Shown piece by piece: positions 29,110-44,376 of a DNA stretch of 64,000 nt; the first letter of the stretch is position 1; the number at the start of each line of letters is the position of its first letter. A model generated the notes under the pieces. It did not search any database and was not told the origin of the DNA. It was given only the letters and a program-made list of their open reading frames with translations. Source of the DNA: Octopus vulgaris. Lineage: Eukaryota. The stretch spans positions 62,682,001 to 62,746,000 of the forward strand of contig OX597832.1 of assembly GCA_951406725.2 (NCBI GenBank), given 5' to 3'. The translations under genes were made by a program, and so were the position numbers.

Positions 29110-29999
29110 TTTCAAATTTTGATACAAAGCCAGTAAGTTTGGCGGAGGCGGTAAATCGATTGCATCGACCCTAGTGTATCACTGGTACTTATTTTTATCG
29201 ACCCCCGAAAAGATGAAAGTCAGAGTGGGCCCCGGCGGAATATGAATTCAGAATTTGAGATGGGAATTTGAACGAAATGCCTTTAAGAATTTTCTTCGGT
29301 CTACGAATGATTCTGACAGCACGCCGATTTAGTAATAACAATAATGATAATATTAATAATAATGATATCAAAATTTACCACAAGGGCAGCCATTTCGGGG
29401 GAAGAGACGAGTGGATAACATCGACCCCAGAGTTTCGCCGGTGCTTAATTTATTGACCCCGACAGGTTGAAAGGCAAATTCGACCTCGGCGGAATTTGAA
29501 CTCATAACGTAGCGGCAGACAAAATACCGCTGAGCATTTTGCCCAGCGTGCAAGCGATTCTTCTAGCTCACAATCTCAATAATAATAATAATAATAATAA
29601 TATTTCCTTCTACTATAGGCACAAGGCCTGAAATTTGTGGGGAGAGGATGAGTCGATTACATCGGCCCCAGTATTCAACAGGTATTTCATTTATCGACCC
29701 CGAATGAATGAAAGACAAAGTCACACCGGCAGCATTTGAACTCAGAACGTAAAGACAGACCAAATACCTATTTCTTTACTACCCACAAGGGGCTAAACAC
29801 AGAGAGGACAAATAAGGACAGACAAACGGATTATATATCATATCGACCCCAGTGCGTAACTGGTACTTAATTTATCGACCCCGAAAGGATGAAAGGCAAA
29901 GTCGACCTCGGCGGAATTTGAACTCAGAACGTAACGGCATACGAAATACTGTTACGCATTTCACCCTGCTTGTTAGCGATACTGTCAGTTTGCCGCCTT
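29110..29999 (-). mobile_element. Cluster of family A SINEs including a dimer (29603-29999)
   Basis: Four core copies separated by TAA tracts. Confidence 0.8.
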
Positions 30000-30000
30000 A

Positions 30001-30061
<61 letters not shown>

Positions 30062-30258
30062 GAAACAACAACAGCAATAACAATAAAAAAAATGACGATA
30101 ATGATGACGCTGACGATGATCAGGCGAAGGAAGAGGAAAGTGATTTTTTATATATTGTGTGTGTTTGGAAGCAACATTGATACAAAAAAGGTGACACATA
30201 AAATAGTAAAATGTGGAAATTAGATGTGTACGTTTATTATATACATCACCTATCCGCC

Positions 30259-30372
<114 letters not shown>

Positions 30373-30991
30373 GTATATGAATAGCGAGTAATACGCAAAT
30401 CACGTGCTCGCAAGCAAACACAACACACGCAGGCTCATTCACATGCATCCTCACCCATTCACTCCTCACAGACATATTATTAACGAATTCCACCCATCAT
30501 CCCCACCATCACCACCCCCTCTACCTCCTCCTGCCAAATGTTCGATGTCATGCATTTTGTGAATGCATCATATTTGGACGTTACTTTCGTTACTCATTGC
30601 TGTTACAGGAAAAAAAAAGCCGAAGTAGGTCAACAGTCGGTTGGAACGTTGCTAAATGTCGCCATCTTGACCTACATCGTTGAAATGTAAGCGGAACACT
30701 ATATTGATCTTTGAACACTGTATTGATCTCTACAATGTGTGGGAGGTGATCGATTCTGTTTCTTCTATACACTCCAGACTTTCTTTCCTCTTTTCTTTCT
30801 TACTTTCTTTCGTTCTTTCGTTCTTTTCTAATTTTCTTTAATTGCTTGATTGATACAAGAAACAGAAATGTACGAGAGACAGACATGATGGAAGGGGTTT
30901 TGTTGCTTAGCAGCGGGTCAAGCCTGATCAAGCTGATCTGGGATCAGAAGCCTTCCGAATGTGATCATCCACTGATTTTTTTGTTTGTTTT

Positions 30992-31620
30992 CTTTTCTTT
31001 TTACTTGTTTCAGTCATGTGACTGCGGTCATGCTGGTACAGCGCCTTTAGTCGAACTAATCGACACAAGGACTTCTTCTTTGTAAGCCCATTGCTTATTC
31101 TATCGATTTCTTTTGCCAACTACTAGGTTACGGTTGGGATGCAAGCTTCTTAACACGCAGTCACTGCTATTTATTTATTTTTCAATGTTTAGCACAAGTT
31201 CGCTCTACAATCACTTAGTTCGGATTTCGACCTAATCTCTTGGGCTGCAGTCTGAGTAAGTGTCTTCACTTTCATTTCCGAAGCGACCAATGCTTTGAGT
31301 GTGAATTTTGTATACGGAAACTGTGTGGAAGCCGGCCATAAATATGAACGTAGATATGTATGCGCGTGGTTTATTTCTGTTTCTATGGTGTGAGTTTATA
31401 TGTGTATGTGCAGTGTGTTTGTATGTGTGTGAGTGTGTATCTTAGTATTTCTAACCCCATCACTTTGATTTGTTGAAATCCCTGCAAACAAAATGATCGA
31501 CTGGAAAAGTACCCGACTGAAAAAAATATTATCTGCTGCTGTTGGTTCGTTAGACGACTCAAATCTTCATGTCGCTACCCAAAAATTGGCCGGACTCCAT
31601 TAAGTGAAAGAAATAAAAGA
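30992..31620. mobile_element. SINE family B fragments in opposite orientations
   Basis: Minus tail 30992-31135; diverged plus copy about 31215-31620. Confidence 0.55.
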
Positions 31621-32059
31621 AAGATTAGTTTTTTTACTAAAATACAAATATTTTAATGTCTACATTAGTTTTAACGAGGAAAGAATCTGTGTTAGCGAAA
31701 TTTTAACTTCTGTTTCTAGTCGAACCCCTGGCTGCGTATAGGCTCCAATCTTTCTGTTCCGTAATCAGAATTCAATAAGAGACGATTAAAATTAATAAGA
31801 AGTATCGGAAGCCTGCCGGTTTAAAGAGAAGACTTGAGGAGTTGGGTGAATAAGGGGACATAGTGAGTTCAGGCGGAATGGAATAGGATAAAATGCAGAG
31901 AGGAATAGGAAGCAGTGACGTGGAACTCGCTTCGGTACATTGATTTTACTGGTAGCTTCTCTTTAAAACTCTCTTGGACATACATACATACATATGTGCT
32001 CACACACACACACATACATACATGTATATATATATATACACACATATATACATACATGC

Positions 32060-32109
<50 letters not shown>

Positions 32110-32143
32110 ATACACATATGAATATACATGCATATATATATAT

Positions 32144-32182
<39 letters not shown>

Positions 32183-32235
32183 CATATATATGAATGTATA
32201 CATATTATATTATATATATATATATATGTATATAC

Positions 32236-32268
<33 letters not shown>

Positions 32269-32327
32269 TGTATGTATATATATATATATGTGTGCGTGTG
32301 TGTATATATATATATATATTCTTTTAT

Positions 32328-32636
32328 TATTTTACTTGTTTCACTCATCTGACTGCAGCCATGCTAGAGCGCTGCCTTAAAAGGTTTTAGTCGAAGAAAT
32401 CCACCCCAGGACTTATTCTTTGCAAGTCTAGTACTTATTCTATTGGTCTCTTTTTTGAACCGCTAAGTTACGAGGTCTTAAACACACCTGCATTTGTTGT
32501 CAAACGATGGTCAAGATATCAGGTGTGTGTGTGCGCGCGCACGTGTGTATGTATATTTGTCCAATGTTCCATACATTGGGGTAGAACCCGGAACCATGTG
32601 GTTGGGAAACAAACTTCTTACGACACAGCCACTCCC
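32328..32636 (-). mobile_element. SINE family B, internally deleted
   Basis: Tail 32328-32510 and head 32575-32636. Confidence 0.7.
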
Positions 32637-32779
32637 TATACACACATATGCCACTATCATAATGTTGTTACTGTTACTGCTACTACTGCTACTGCTGCTA
32701 CTTTAATACTACTATTGCACAAATTTAGATTGCTGTTATTGTTACTTTTTATCATATCCTCTGATTCGTATCCCTACCA

Positions 32780-33290
32780 TATTCCTGTTATTTCGAAGCC
32801 ACATCCCAAGCACTCCTTTAAGACATTCCTGCGCTCATATTCTTTTTTTGACAGATTGCCGCATCACTGAAGTTGTGTTACTTTCGTCTCCTTTTCTGCA
32901 GATTCTACCTTTGAACTCTGACTGAGTATTGGCGATCTCTATCATTATCAGATTCTTTGGGTGGCTCGTTCCTGAATGGCTATAATCAGCTCTTCGGTCT
33001 CTCGTTTTAGTCTTCCGTCCATCAGCCTACGCTCTTTACTCCCAGCGTCCTCGGTTTGTTACACGAATTAGCCATGTAATTCCATTCCTTTCCATATGCT
33101 GGGTCTGCAAATCCTTTTCCTGTTCTTGAATTTTCCTGCTGTTTTCAGTAACCCAATGGATTACCCTTTCTTCAATATCCTTTCTGCATTATTATCCTTT
33201 CTACAACCTGCGTAACATAAGTTTTCAACCCCAATATCGCAGTATTAACGTGTCTTTAATTTTTAGCAGTCCTCAGCATCCTTCTTTCTT
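32780..33290 (-). mobile_element. R4/Dong-like relic
   Basis: Minus: WKGMELHG, LKRETEELIIAIQE, RICRKGDES, LSKKEYERR. Confidence 0.65.
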
Positions 33291-34092
33291 GGTAGGTAGA
33301 GTTGGTCGGGACCACGATCACATGATCTACGGTTGAATTCCTGAAGCAAGCGGATTGTTGACTCCTTGAGCAAGAAACTTCATTCTCTGTTGCTCCAGTC
33401 TACCCACCTAGAAATGAATACCAGCTACATGAACCAGCATTCGGATTAGGCTGGTACATTTCTTCTTTCTGGTTTACACATCCGCTGATTCAAGGATTTG
33501 AGAGCCGAAAGATTGCCTATGTCTTCTAGTGAATACAGAAGCAGCTAAAATAATGCATGGAAATAAAACAAACGCCACCAAATTATATTTTCTCGTAAGT
33601 GACGGCTATGGTGTTTATTAATATTGAGAAAAGCACTTTGCATGTGGGTTATACTAATACCCCTTCCCCATCTTCCAAGATCTTGAGATTAACGCGGATA
33701 TTGTTCTTGGTAAACAGTTGTCAATTATACAAGTTATTCCTCTATGTGAAATTTTACGTTATAGCTCAACCTGCTAAAATTAGCGACCAAATCTCTGTAA
33801 AATCTCGCTCTATGGTCTTAAAGGGAAGTTGCAATGTATGGTGTGGTTCTAAATACACACAAAAAAAAAGGTTTGATACAGCAGTAACAATTGTGACACA
33901 GATTTGCTTCAGCGTGGCTTATCTACAGCAAGCAACCACAACAACGATAACATCAACAACAACAGATTAATGTGCAGAGAACGCGGTTAATACGAAACTG
34001 AAACTGACTATTGCTATTTTAACCTTGAAGGTTCTTGTATTCTTCAGCTGGGACGATAATGATGATGTCGAAAATGTTGATGCTGCTGCCGT

Positions 34093-34165
<73 letters not shown>

Positions 34166-34334
34166 AGTGAGGATGATGATGATGATGATAATCATGATGG
34201 TGGTGATGATGATGATGATGGTGATCATCATCATCATCATCATCATGAGCAGGAGGACGAGGTGGATGACGACGACGGTGATGCTTGTGACTTCTAACTT
34301 TCAGAACAATCACTCAAATATGCACTGCACTCTG

Positions 34335-35339
<1,005 letters not shown>

Positions 35340-35551
35340 CCTTTCTACTCTAGGTACAAGGCCTGAAATTTGAGGGAAGGGATTAAGTCGATTACATCGA
35401 CCCAAGTGCGTAAATGGTACTTATACAACCGGCCCCGAAAAGATGAAAGGTAAAGTTGACCTCGGCGGAATTTGAACTCAGAACGTAGCAACCTGCGAAA
35501 TGTCGCTAAGCATTTAGCCCGCAGTGCTAACGATTCTGCCAGATCGCTGCC

Positions 35552-35553
<2 letters not shown>
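35340..35553 (-). mobile_element. SINE family A (right duplicate)
   Basis: Nearly identical to 34417-34630, including private substitutions. Confidence 0.85.
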
Positions 35554-35612
<59 letters not shown>

Positions 35613-36269
35613 TAATAATAATAATAATGATGATGATGATGATAATAATAATAACAATAACAATAATAACAATAACAATAATATTAATAATAATAACATA
35701 GAAATAATAATTCTTAATTTAAAAAAAAACGCATTTTTTATGAAGTTGCTTTCGTTGTTATCATTGTTAATATTCCCGCCATGTTCATACTTCTTATCAT
35801 CACTTTTCATCGTAGCTGTTGTTGTTGTTGACGTTGCTGTGTTACTTTTGTTGTTCTGGTTGTTGTTGCCGTTGTTGTTGTTGTTGTTGTTCTAGTTTCT
35901 ATTATTGACTTCCTAATCCCCATTGTTTGCTATTGTTGGGTGTTTGTGTAGAAATCTATATTAAATAGATATCATATCAAATATATATATATATATATAT
36001 ATAAAATGTCTGTTTTTCAGTGACGTGGGGAGGGAGATGGGAGCTGTGTGAGATGAAGGGAAAAACATGACTAGACTAAAGGAAACGAAGAAAGAGATGA
36101 TAATCTATCAGACAGACGAAAATGTAACGAATCTAAACAATATTCGACTTTCATGGTAAGTATATTTGGCAATTTTAACTTCTATTTTAACAAAAGTTTT
36201 GCACTCAGACTGTCAAAGCCACAAAACGCTAAATCACCGACATTTTGAAAAGAGCAGAAAATACAAAGA

Positions 36270-36329
36270 ATCAACAACAACAACAACAGCAGCAGCAGCA
36301 GCAATAACAACAACAACAACAACAACAAC

Positions 36330-36395
<66 letters not shown>

Positions 36396-36420
36396 TATAG
36401 TAATAATAATAATAATAATG

Positions 36421-36477
<57 letters not shown>

Positions 36478-36653
36478 GTTTTGTTGGTGCTGTCGGTAAT
36501 ACTGATGGTGATGATGATTATGAAGGCTACGATAAAGAATGTACTCAGTAAACATTATTTTTACTGTTATTATTATCATCATTATTATTATTTTTATTAT
36601 TATCATCATTATTATTATTATCATCATTATTATTATTATCATCATTATTATTA

Positions 36654-36742
<89 letters not shown>

Positions 36743-36871
36743 GATGTTGCTATCATTATCGCCATCATCATGGACATCGTCATCATTGACATCACCATCA
36801 TCATCATAATCATCATTATCATCATCATTATCATCATCATCGTCATCATCATCATCATCGTCATGATCATG

Positions 36872-36918
<47 letters not shown>

Positions 36919-36938
36919 TATTATTATTATTATTATTA

Positions 36939-36990
<52 letters not shown>

Positions 36991-37003
36991 CATTATTATT
37001 ATT
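36270..37003. repeat. Compound CAA/TAA then TTA/TCA microsatellite
   Basis: Directly visible. Confidence 0.95.
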
Positions 37004-37397
37004 AGTTTCTACAATTGAATTCAGGAAAAAAAAAACATTCTTCAGTAACATACATTAACGTTAAACATAAGGAACAACACAGGCGAAAAGGCAAATGTGT
37101 GTTGAATTAATTATCTGTCTTACCCCTCCCTCTATCAATATATGTGACTGCCTATCAATCAATCCATCTGTCTATTTATATCACTGTATCTATCAATCTA
37201 TCTTGCCATCTGTCCTTACACCTATCTATCGATCAGTCTAACTAGCTAGCTTGCTTGATGGCTGGCTTTTCTGGAGTTACGTATCAGTCTATCTCTGTGT
37301 CTATCTGTCTTAATGCCTGTCTATGTTTCCATGTATTTATCCATCTCGCTGCTCTAGCAAGCTATCCTATACATACATACATACATACATACATACA

Positions 37398-37429
<32 letters not shown>

Positions 37430-37431
37430 GA

Positions 37432-37860
37432 AGTGGCTGTGTGGTAAGTAGCTTGCTAACCAACCACATGGTTCCGGGTTCAGTCCCACTGCGTGGCATC
37501 TTGGGCAAGTGTCTTCTGCTATAGCCCCGGGCCGACCAATGCCTTGTGAGTGAATTTGGTAGACGGAAACTGAAAGAAGCCTGTCGTATATATGTTTATA
37601 TATATATATATATATATATATGTGCGTGTGTGTGTGTTTGTGTGTCTGTGTTTGTCCCCCTAGCATTGCTTAACAACCGATGATGGTGTGTTTACGTCCC
37701 CGTCACTTAGCGGTTCGGCAAAAAGAGAACGATAGAAGAAGTACTGGGCTTACAAAGAATAAGTCCCGGGGTCGATTTACTCGACTAAAAGCGGTGCTCC
37801 AGCATGGCCGCAGTCAAATGACTGAAACACGTAAAAGAAAAAAGAAAGAATAAAAGAATA
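37432..37860 (+). mobile_element. tRNA-derived SINE family B (CORE-like) with internal microsatellite, full length
   Basis: A box gtggctgtgtggtaag, B box gggttcagtccc, CORE-like ggcatcttgggcaagtgtctt, internal (TA)/(TG), tail ccagcatggccgcagtcaaatgactgaaac..aaaaga. Confidence 0.85.
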
Positions 37861-38839
37861 CATACATACATACATACATACATACATACATACATACATA
37901 CATGTATATCACACACACACATACACACACCATATGTACATACAAGCACATACACGTGTATGTATGATACGTTTCAGTTCATGAAGCTAGGCACCATATC
38001 CCTAGTTCTTATAAGTGCTGTATTTGAACTCAAGTAGCCGGTGCTACGATTATATGAAAACGCGAGTAAAGCGAACGAGAAAAGAGAACCTGTATGTGTG
38101 TTACGAGTAAGTATGCGTGTGTGTGTGTAACCAAGAAAATGCCATATTTATATACGTATATATATACGTATATATACATATATATATATGTTTGTATGTA
38201 TGCATGTATGTATACATATATATATGCATGTGACACAAAAGAGGCGACCCTTAATAGGTAGCCTTACATGCTTCAAGGAGCAATGAAAACGTCCAAAACC
38301 ACATTTAAGAGCAATTTCGAAGGGAAAGAAGAATAAAAACTTTTACCTTGTTTTTTACACCCATACCGAGGTTTCTAATTAGCAAATAAAATAATTTGCA
38401 AGTATGTAAGCTTTTGTGTATTTAAGTATGCATGTCTGTATATTTATATATATGGTTATGTATACATATATGTATGTATGCATATATATGTATAAAGATA
38501 TGTATGTGCATATGTGTGTATACATACGTGAGTGTGTATCTTTACATACATACGCACGCACACACTTTTATGGATATACATGTGCAAATATAAATGGATA
38601 GATAGACAGACAGACAGTCAGACAAAAAAACAGACACACAGATATAGATAGATAGATAAATAAATAAATTGTTGCTGTTGTCGCCGTGGTGGTGGGGGTG
38701 GTATTCGTCCCTCTGTTTAAAATAACAAAAATATGCATCCATTGATATCGTTTAGATTCTCACTGTCCACCGTGCAAGCGTTGATCTCATTGGCTGGCAG
38801 ATGTCAGTACATAAAAAATTGTTTACTGATTCGTATAAA

Positions 38840-39260
38840 CGTAACCTAAAATCTCTTATCAGACTCTTTGGTTCGAGAGAGTTCTAGCTGACGAAACAGA
38901 ACAATGTCAAAGCATCGGTTGTCCCACAGCATCCCTACCTCAATAAATCGAATGTTATAATTATGAAATCGTCTGAAAGGAAAAAGTGTTAGCCAATGAT
39001 AAATGGCATTTAGGCTCTTCATCATGCCCTTCATTACAGGATATGTCTGACTCTACTGAGAAAGGGAGATGTCGAAGCCTCCCTGCATATGTGTGCATCA
39101 TCAGCCACATCATGCCCAGTACTCAATTCAACAGGTGTTATTCTTATCGTCTTTCTCAGCGTGTCATCTACAATGGCTTCAAGAATGTTAACCATTTCTT
39201 TTCAACATGCCTCTTACATGTTTAAATCATCCATTTATAGCTTTACATTTTCTTGTGCTT
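38840..39260 (-). mobile_element. Decayed R4/Dong-like RT relic
   Basis: Minus: L*MDDLNM* (YMDDLKLY equivalent) with weak downstream similarity. Confidence 0.4.
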
Positions 39261-39337
39261 TACGCCTCGCGGCAACGAAACCTTCAACGTTCGGTTTTTG
39301 GCTTTTGCTGTCTACAGCGACTATGTTGACATTAATG

Positions 39338-39571
39338 TATTTCTTTACTGCCCACAAGGGGCTAAACATAGAAGGGACAAACAAGGACAGACAAACGGAT
39401 TAGGTCGATTATATCGACTCCAGTGCGTAACTGGTACTTATTTAATTGACCCCGAAAGGATGAAAAGCAAAGTCGACTTCGGCGGAATTGGAACACAGAA
39501 CGTAGCGGCAGACGAAATACCGCTAAGCATTTTGCCCGGCGTGCTAACGTTTCTGCCAGCTGTCCGCCTTA
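39338..39571 (-). mobile_element. SINE family A, Tx1-like tail, 15 bp TSD
   Basis: atgttgacattaatg at 39323-39337 and 39572-39586. Confidence 0.88.
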
Positions 39572-39927
39572 ATGTTGACATTAATGGTGGAAGTTGTTGG
39601 TGGAGGTGGTTGAATTTGCACGTGATATGTGTGAAAAAATTTGCTTTGTCTTTTTTCCTGTTTTTCTGATTGGTTGTGGTTGTTTTGGCCGGAGTTTGTT
39701 TTTCTTTTATGTTTTGTCGGTGTTGCTGTTGTTGTTGTTGCTACCGTTTCTATCGTTGCTGCTGCTTCGAATGCTACTACTTCTTCCCGTATATGTCTTC
39801 TTGGTTTGGTGACGAAGACGATGCCATATTAAATATTTTCAGTATTTCGAAAGGAAATATTTTCTTTTCAAAATTTCGCGCCTCAGGGCAAATAACACCA
39901 ACGATTCTAGCAGCTCGCCACCTTTAA

Positions 39928-39992
<65 letters not shown>

Positions 39993-39996
39993 CAAC

Positions 39997-40085
<89 letters not shown>

Positions 40086-40373
40086 TAATAATAATAATAT
40101 TTTTGACCGATAGGACCGCACCTAAAGGAAAAAAAAAAAACAGTCAGCCAGCCAACCACCAAGCCAGCCAACGAGACAGACAGACACTACTGTGATGGTG
40201 ATAATGATAAAAAAAACAAAAATAACAATAATAAGATACTACTGTGACTACACATAAAACAATATCATTGATGATGATGGTGGTGATGGTGATGGTGATG
40301 ATGATAATGATGATGGTAATGGTGGTGATAATGATGATAGTGATGGTAATGGTGATGATAATAACAATAATAA

Positions 40374-43300
40374 GCCGACTACGGCTGCTATAATGGTACG
40401 ATTATAATTGTAACGGCAATGATGGCCGTCTCCCCACGAGCCAATCAAAGCTAAAAAATGATAACATTATCGTAGCACCAAAATGTTTTTGGAAACTAAA
40501 AGGAAAACTAAATCAGTATACCAAATCGCTTGTCCTATGGTTAATCTGGAAGCGCGTCCCCCAGGGAAGAGCCAGCCTGGGATCGAAAAGTCATCAACTG
40601 GCACAAACTCTTCTCCGAATACGGACATGGATGGTCACTTGAACGGGAAATCCCCCAACTCGAGCCCTCCAAGTTCACCACCACAACCACCACAGAAAGA
40701 AAAATGTAAGCGGAACAAATGGACCCGAGAAGAGTATAAAGAAGTAATATACGCTTATTACTATGCATTAGGTAGGCCATCTCAAGAGAGACACACCGCA
40801 AACTCTTACAGTATATGGAGAACACGGAATCAAGACAGTAGGCCCTATTTGGACGAGAACAAATTAGCAAATGTGAGGAGGGATATCTTTAGAAATAACA
40901 GACTCACAGACAGTGAAATAAGCGCGATCAAGCACGCAACGGAAAATGACATAAATATAAGACACAAAGGAAATGAAGAATCAGATGAACAGTATAGCCC
41001 GCCACGAGGCTTAATTGAAACACTGCCATCTGACCAAAGTACGCAAAGGCCTGAAGATACAAGAAATTCTATTGTACCTGTTAAAGATAGCCAGGAAAAC
41101 GAAAAAACAACAGTAACTGAAGATCTCGCATTTGCTGAAGAACACAGAGAGTCTATGGCAGAAATGAGGCAGAAAATCCTGAATACGCTTGAAGTTGTAA
41201 GACATACAAGTATGAATGATAGAGAACCGCTTCATAAACTCTCAAATACAAACCAAAATAAAAAACAAATCCAAATTGGCAACTATGTAACAAATGAAAT
41301 AATACGAGAATTAAAACCTGATTTTACTGAGTTAAATGAAATTATTTACGCTTCTGCTAGGGCAATTGAAACCAGCTGTATGCCCCCGAAAAAACAAAGA
41401 AAACAAAACCTGGGAAGAAATCAAACCTGGAGAAGTAAAATTGAAAAAGAGATTGAATTTATGAGAGGGGAAATATCAATATTAAATGAACTAATATGTG
41501 GAAATGATGTAAGATCCAGAACAGGAAGAAAGATGAAGAGAAAATTTGGATCCTCACCAAGAGAAGAACTGATATCAATAAAAGAAACGCTGAAACAAAA
41601 AGTCCAAGCAAAAGCCCAAAGAATACGAAGATTTGAGAAGAGAAACAAGTTTTACAAGCAAAATAAGCTGTTCACATCCAATGCCAAAAAATTCTACAGA
41701 GAAATAGGGAAGGAGAAAGTAACCGTTAAAGACCCCCCTCCCATGGAAGAAGTTCAAAACTTTTGGAAAAGGATTTGGAGTGACAAGAAGACGTACAACA
41801 TAAATGCAGACTGGATTATACAAACTGAAGGATCCTACCAAAATTTACAACAACAAGCATGGGAAGACATCACAATAGCAGACCTAAGAAAGGCACTCAC
41901 GAAGGCCCATAATTGGAAATCCCCCGGTAAAGATAGGGTGCCGAATTTCTGGCTCGCATCGCTCCCGTGCGCACACGGTAAGCTAGTTCAGCTGCTCAAT
42001 GGAATTATGAGAGACCCAAAGAAAACACCTGAATGGTTAGCAAGTGGCATTACTTACCTACTCCCAAAGAATAACGAAACCAACCTTCCAAAAAACTATC
42101 GGCCTATAACCTGTCTATCCACCACGTATAAAATCCTAACATCTATCCTGGCGGAGAAAACATATGCATTCGTGGAGAAGAACGATATTTTCCCCATTGA
42201 ACAAAAAGGGTGCCGCCGAGGCTCTTACGGATGCAAAGATCAACTGCTAATCAATCGTATGATCCTTGAGAATTGTCACAACAAGCGCAGAAATCTCAGC
42301 ACCGCATGGATTGACTATAAAAAGGCCTTCGACAGTATACCACATCCATGGATCTTGAGATCACTGGACATCTTCAAAATTTCCCCTGTGATTTCAAACT
42401 TCCTGAAGCACAATATGTCGTTGTGGAATACGAATCTCCAATTATACCACTCTAATGGCGTACTTGCTTCAGAAAATATAAACATCAACTGTGGAATTTT
42501 TCAAGGTGACTCACTTTCACCTTTAATATTCTGCATAGCCCTAATACCCCTTACAAGTGAATTAAACAGAACAGGGTATGGGTATAAAATTGCCAATAAA
42601 AAAATAAGCCATCTATTTTATATGGATGACTTAAAACTTTATGGTAAAGACAATAATGAACTTGAAGGCCTATTGCGCACCGTGAAAGCATTCAGCGATG
42701 ACATCGGGATGGAGTTTGGACTTGAGAAGTGTGCCAAGGCCACTTTCCAGAAATGGAAAGTGAAGACCACAAATTCAGTCGTGTTAGATGTTGACACAGT
42801 CATAAGAGAGCTTGAGCAAGAACAAACATACAAATATTTAGGGATAAATGAAGGCTCTGGTATTCAGCATGCAAGCATGAAAGAGAAAATCAGGAAGGAA
42901 TGTTATAGGAGAGTTCGTGCAGTCCTGAAATCTGAACTAAATGCACGTAACAAGGTATTAGCTATAAATTCCTTAGCAGTTCCAGTTTTTACTTATAGCT
43001 ACAATGTGTTGAACTGGAATATGAGTGAAGTAAAGAATATAGATAGAAAAATACGCAAGCTGCTGAGTTGTAATAGGATGCACCACCCAAAGGCAGACGT
43101 AGATCGCCTTTACCTTCCCAGAGCCCAAGGAGGTCGAGGCCTGATCCAATTTGAACTAGCTTACAAAACAACTACAATTGGACTGGCCAAATATCTCGAA
43201 ATATCGAATGACTGGATGCTAAAGCTCGTGGAAAATCACGAGAGACGAAAGAAGCTTCATTCTATCATCAAGGAAAGCAAAAAATTTGCTATTGATCTCG

Positions 43301-44354
43301 TGCAGGATACCCAAACTGAACAACCCGAGGGAAGTACGGCAACTATTGTTGCAAAGAAGGTGAAAATGATGGCAATGAAAAAAGCGCACGAGCAATTGGC
43401 TGATAGGTGGGAGGAGAAACCTCTGCACGGCAAATATGTGACCCGCAGCAAACAAGCTGATGTTGACCAGAAGCAAACCCATCAGTGTCTGCGGAGCTCA
43501 GGGCTAAAAGCAGAGAGCGAAGGTTTCATCCTGGCTGCTCAAGACCAAAGCCTATTAACCCGGAACTACCAGGCCAATGTGATGAAAAATGGAGCAGACC
43601 CAAAATGCCGATTCTGCAACGACATGATTGAAACAGTGGACCACCTAATCTCTGGATGTAAAGTCTTAGCACCAGTGGAGTATAAATTAAGACATGACAG
43701 AGTTGGCCAATATCTCCACTGGCTAATAAGTCGGCATTACAATATCAAAACTGCCGACAAGTTGTATAATCACCACCCTGAGGCTGTAACTGAAGGAGAA
43801 AATGTAACCATTCTGTGGGACTTTCCAGTACATACAGACCGAACCATCAAGGCCAATAAACCAGATATTGTTGTGAAAGACCAAAACAATAAAGTTTGCT
43901 TATTGATCGACATGAGCATCTCCTGTGATCATAATATCTCAGCGAAAGAGTTTGACAAGCTCAGAAAATATAAAGACCTACTCATTGAAATTGAGAAAAT
44001 GTGACATCTCAAGGCGGTTACAATACCAGTGATCGTAGGAGCACTAGGAATGATCAAGAAGGGAACCGAAAATTATATGAGAATGATCCCTGGCTTACCA
44101 TCCCTGCAAGAAGTGCAAAAGATTGTCTTAACTGGTACATCACACGTATTGAGAAGAGCATTGTCGATGTGAGAACTGTTGCTGCTCATGTATTTTAATT
44201 TAACTTTAAAAAAAATTAAAAAAATAAAAATATGAACGAACTACTGAGTTTGGTTTAATGGCCTACCAATATACACTATGAGTTTCTTTGCCCTAGGAGT
44301 CGGGATGACACTCGGCAAGAAATGGAAGAAAATTTGAAAGAAGAAAAAAAAAAG
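40374..44354 (+). mobile_element. R4/Dong-clade non-LTR retrotransposon (RLE type), near full length, bounded by TAA repeats
   Basis: Single long ORF with RT, CCHC and PD-(D/E) nuclease; begins right after aataataa at ~40373; ~180 bp 3'UTR ends in an A-run followed by (TAA)7. Dong-like elements are known to target TAA repeats. Confidence 0.9.
40483..44172 (+). pseudogene. Retrotransposon polyprotein (Myb-like N-terminus, reverse transcriptase, CCHC, restriction-like endonuclease) with in-frame stop at 44002-44004
   Basis: 1173 aa ORF: KWTREEYKEVIYAYY, NYRPITCL, WIDYKKAFDS, GIFQGDSLSP, FYMDDLKLY, YKYLG, CRFC..ETVDHLISGC, RHD, NKPDIV..LLIDMS..K..KY. Same frame continues past TGA as HLKAVTIPVIVGALG..LRRALSM* to 44172. 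Confidence 0.92.
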
Positions 44355-44376
44355 TAATAATAATAATAATAATAAT

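Noticed and set aside
40374-40470. HDV-like ribozyme at the retrotransposon 5' end
   Set aside because: No P1.1 GG or P2/P4 arrangement could be fitted.
44001-44198. Separate 65 aa ORF after the retrotransposon ORF
   Set aside because: Out-of-frame overlap; the conserved C-terminus is in the main ORF frame.
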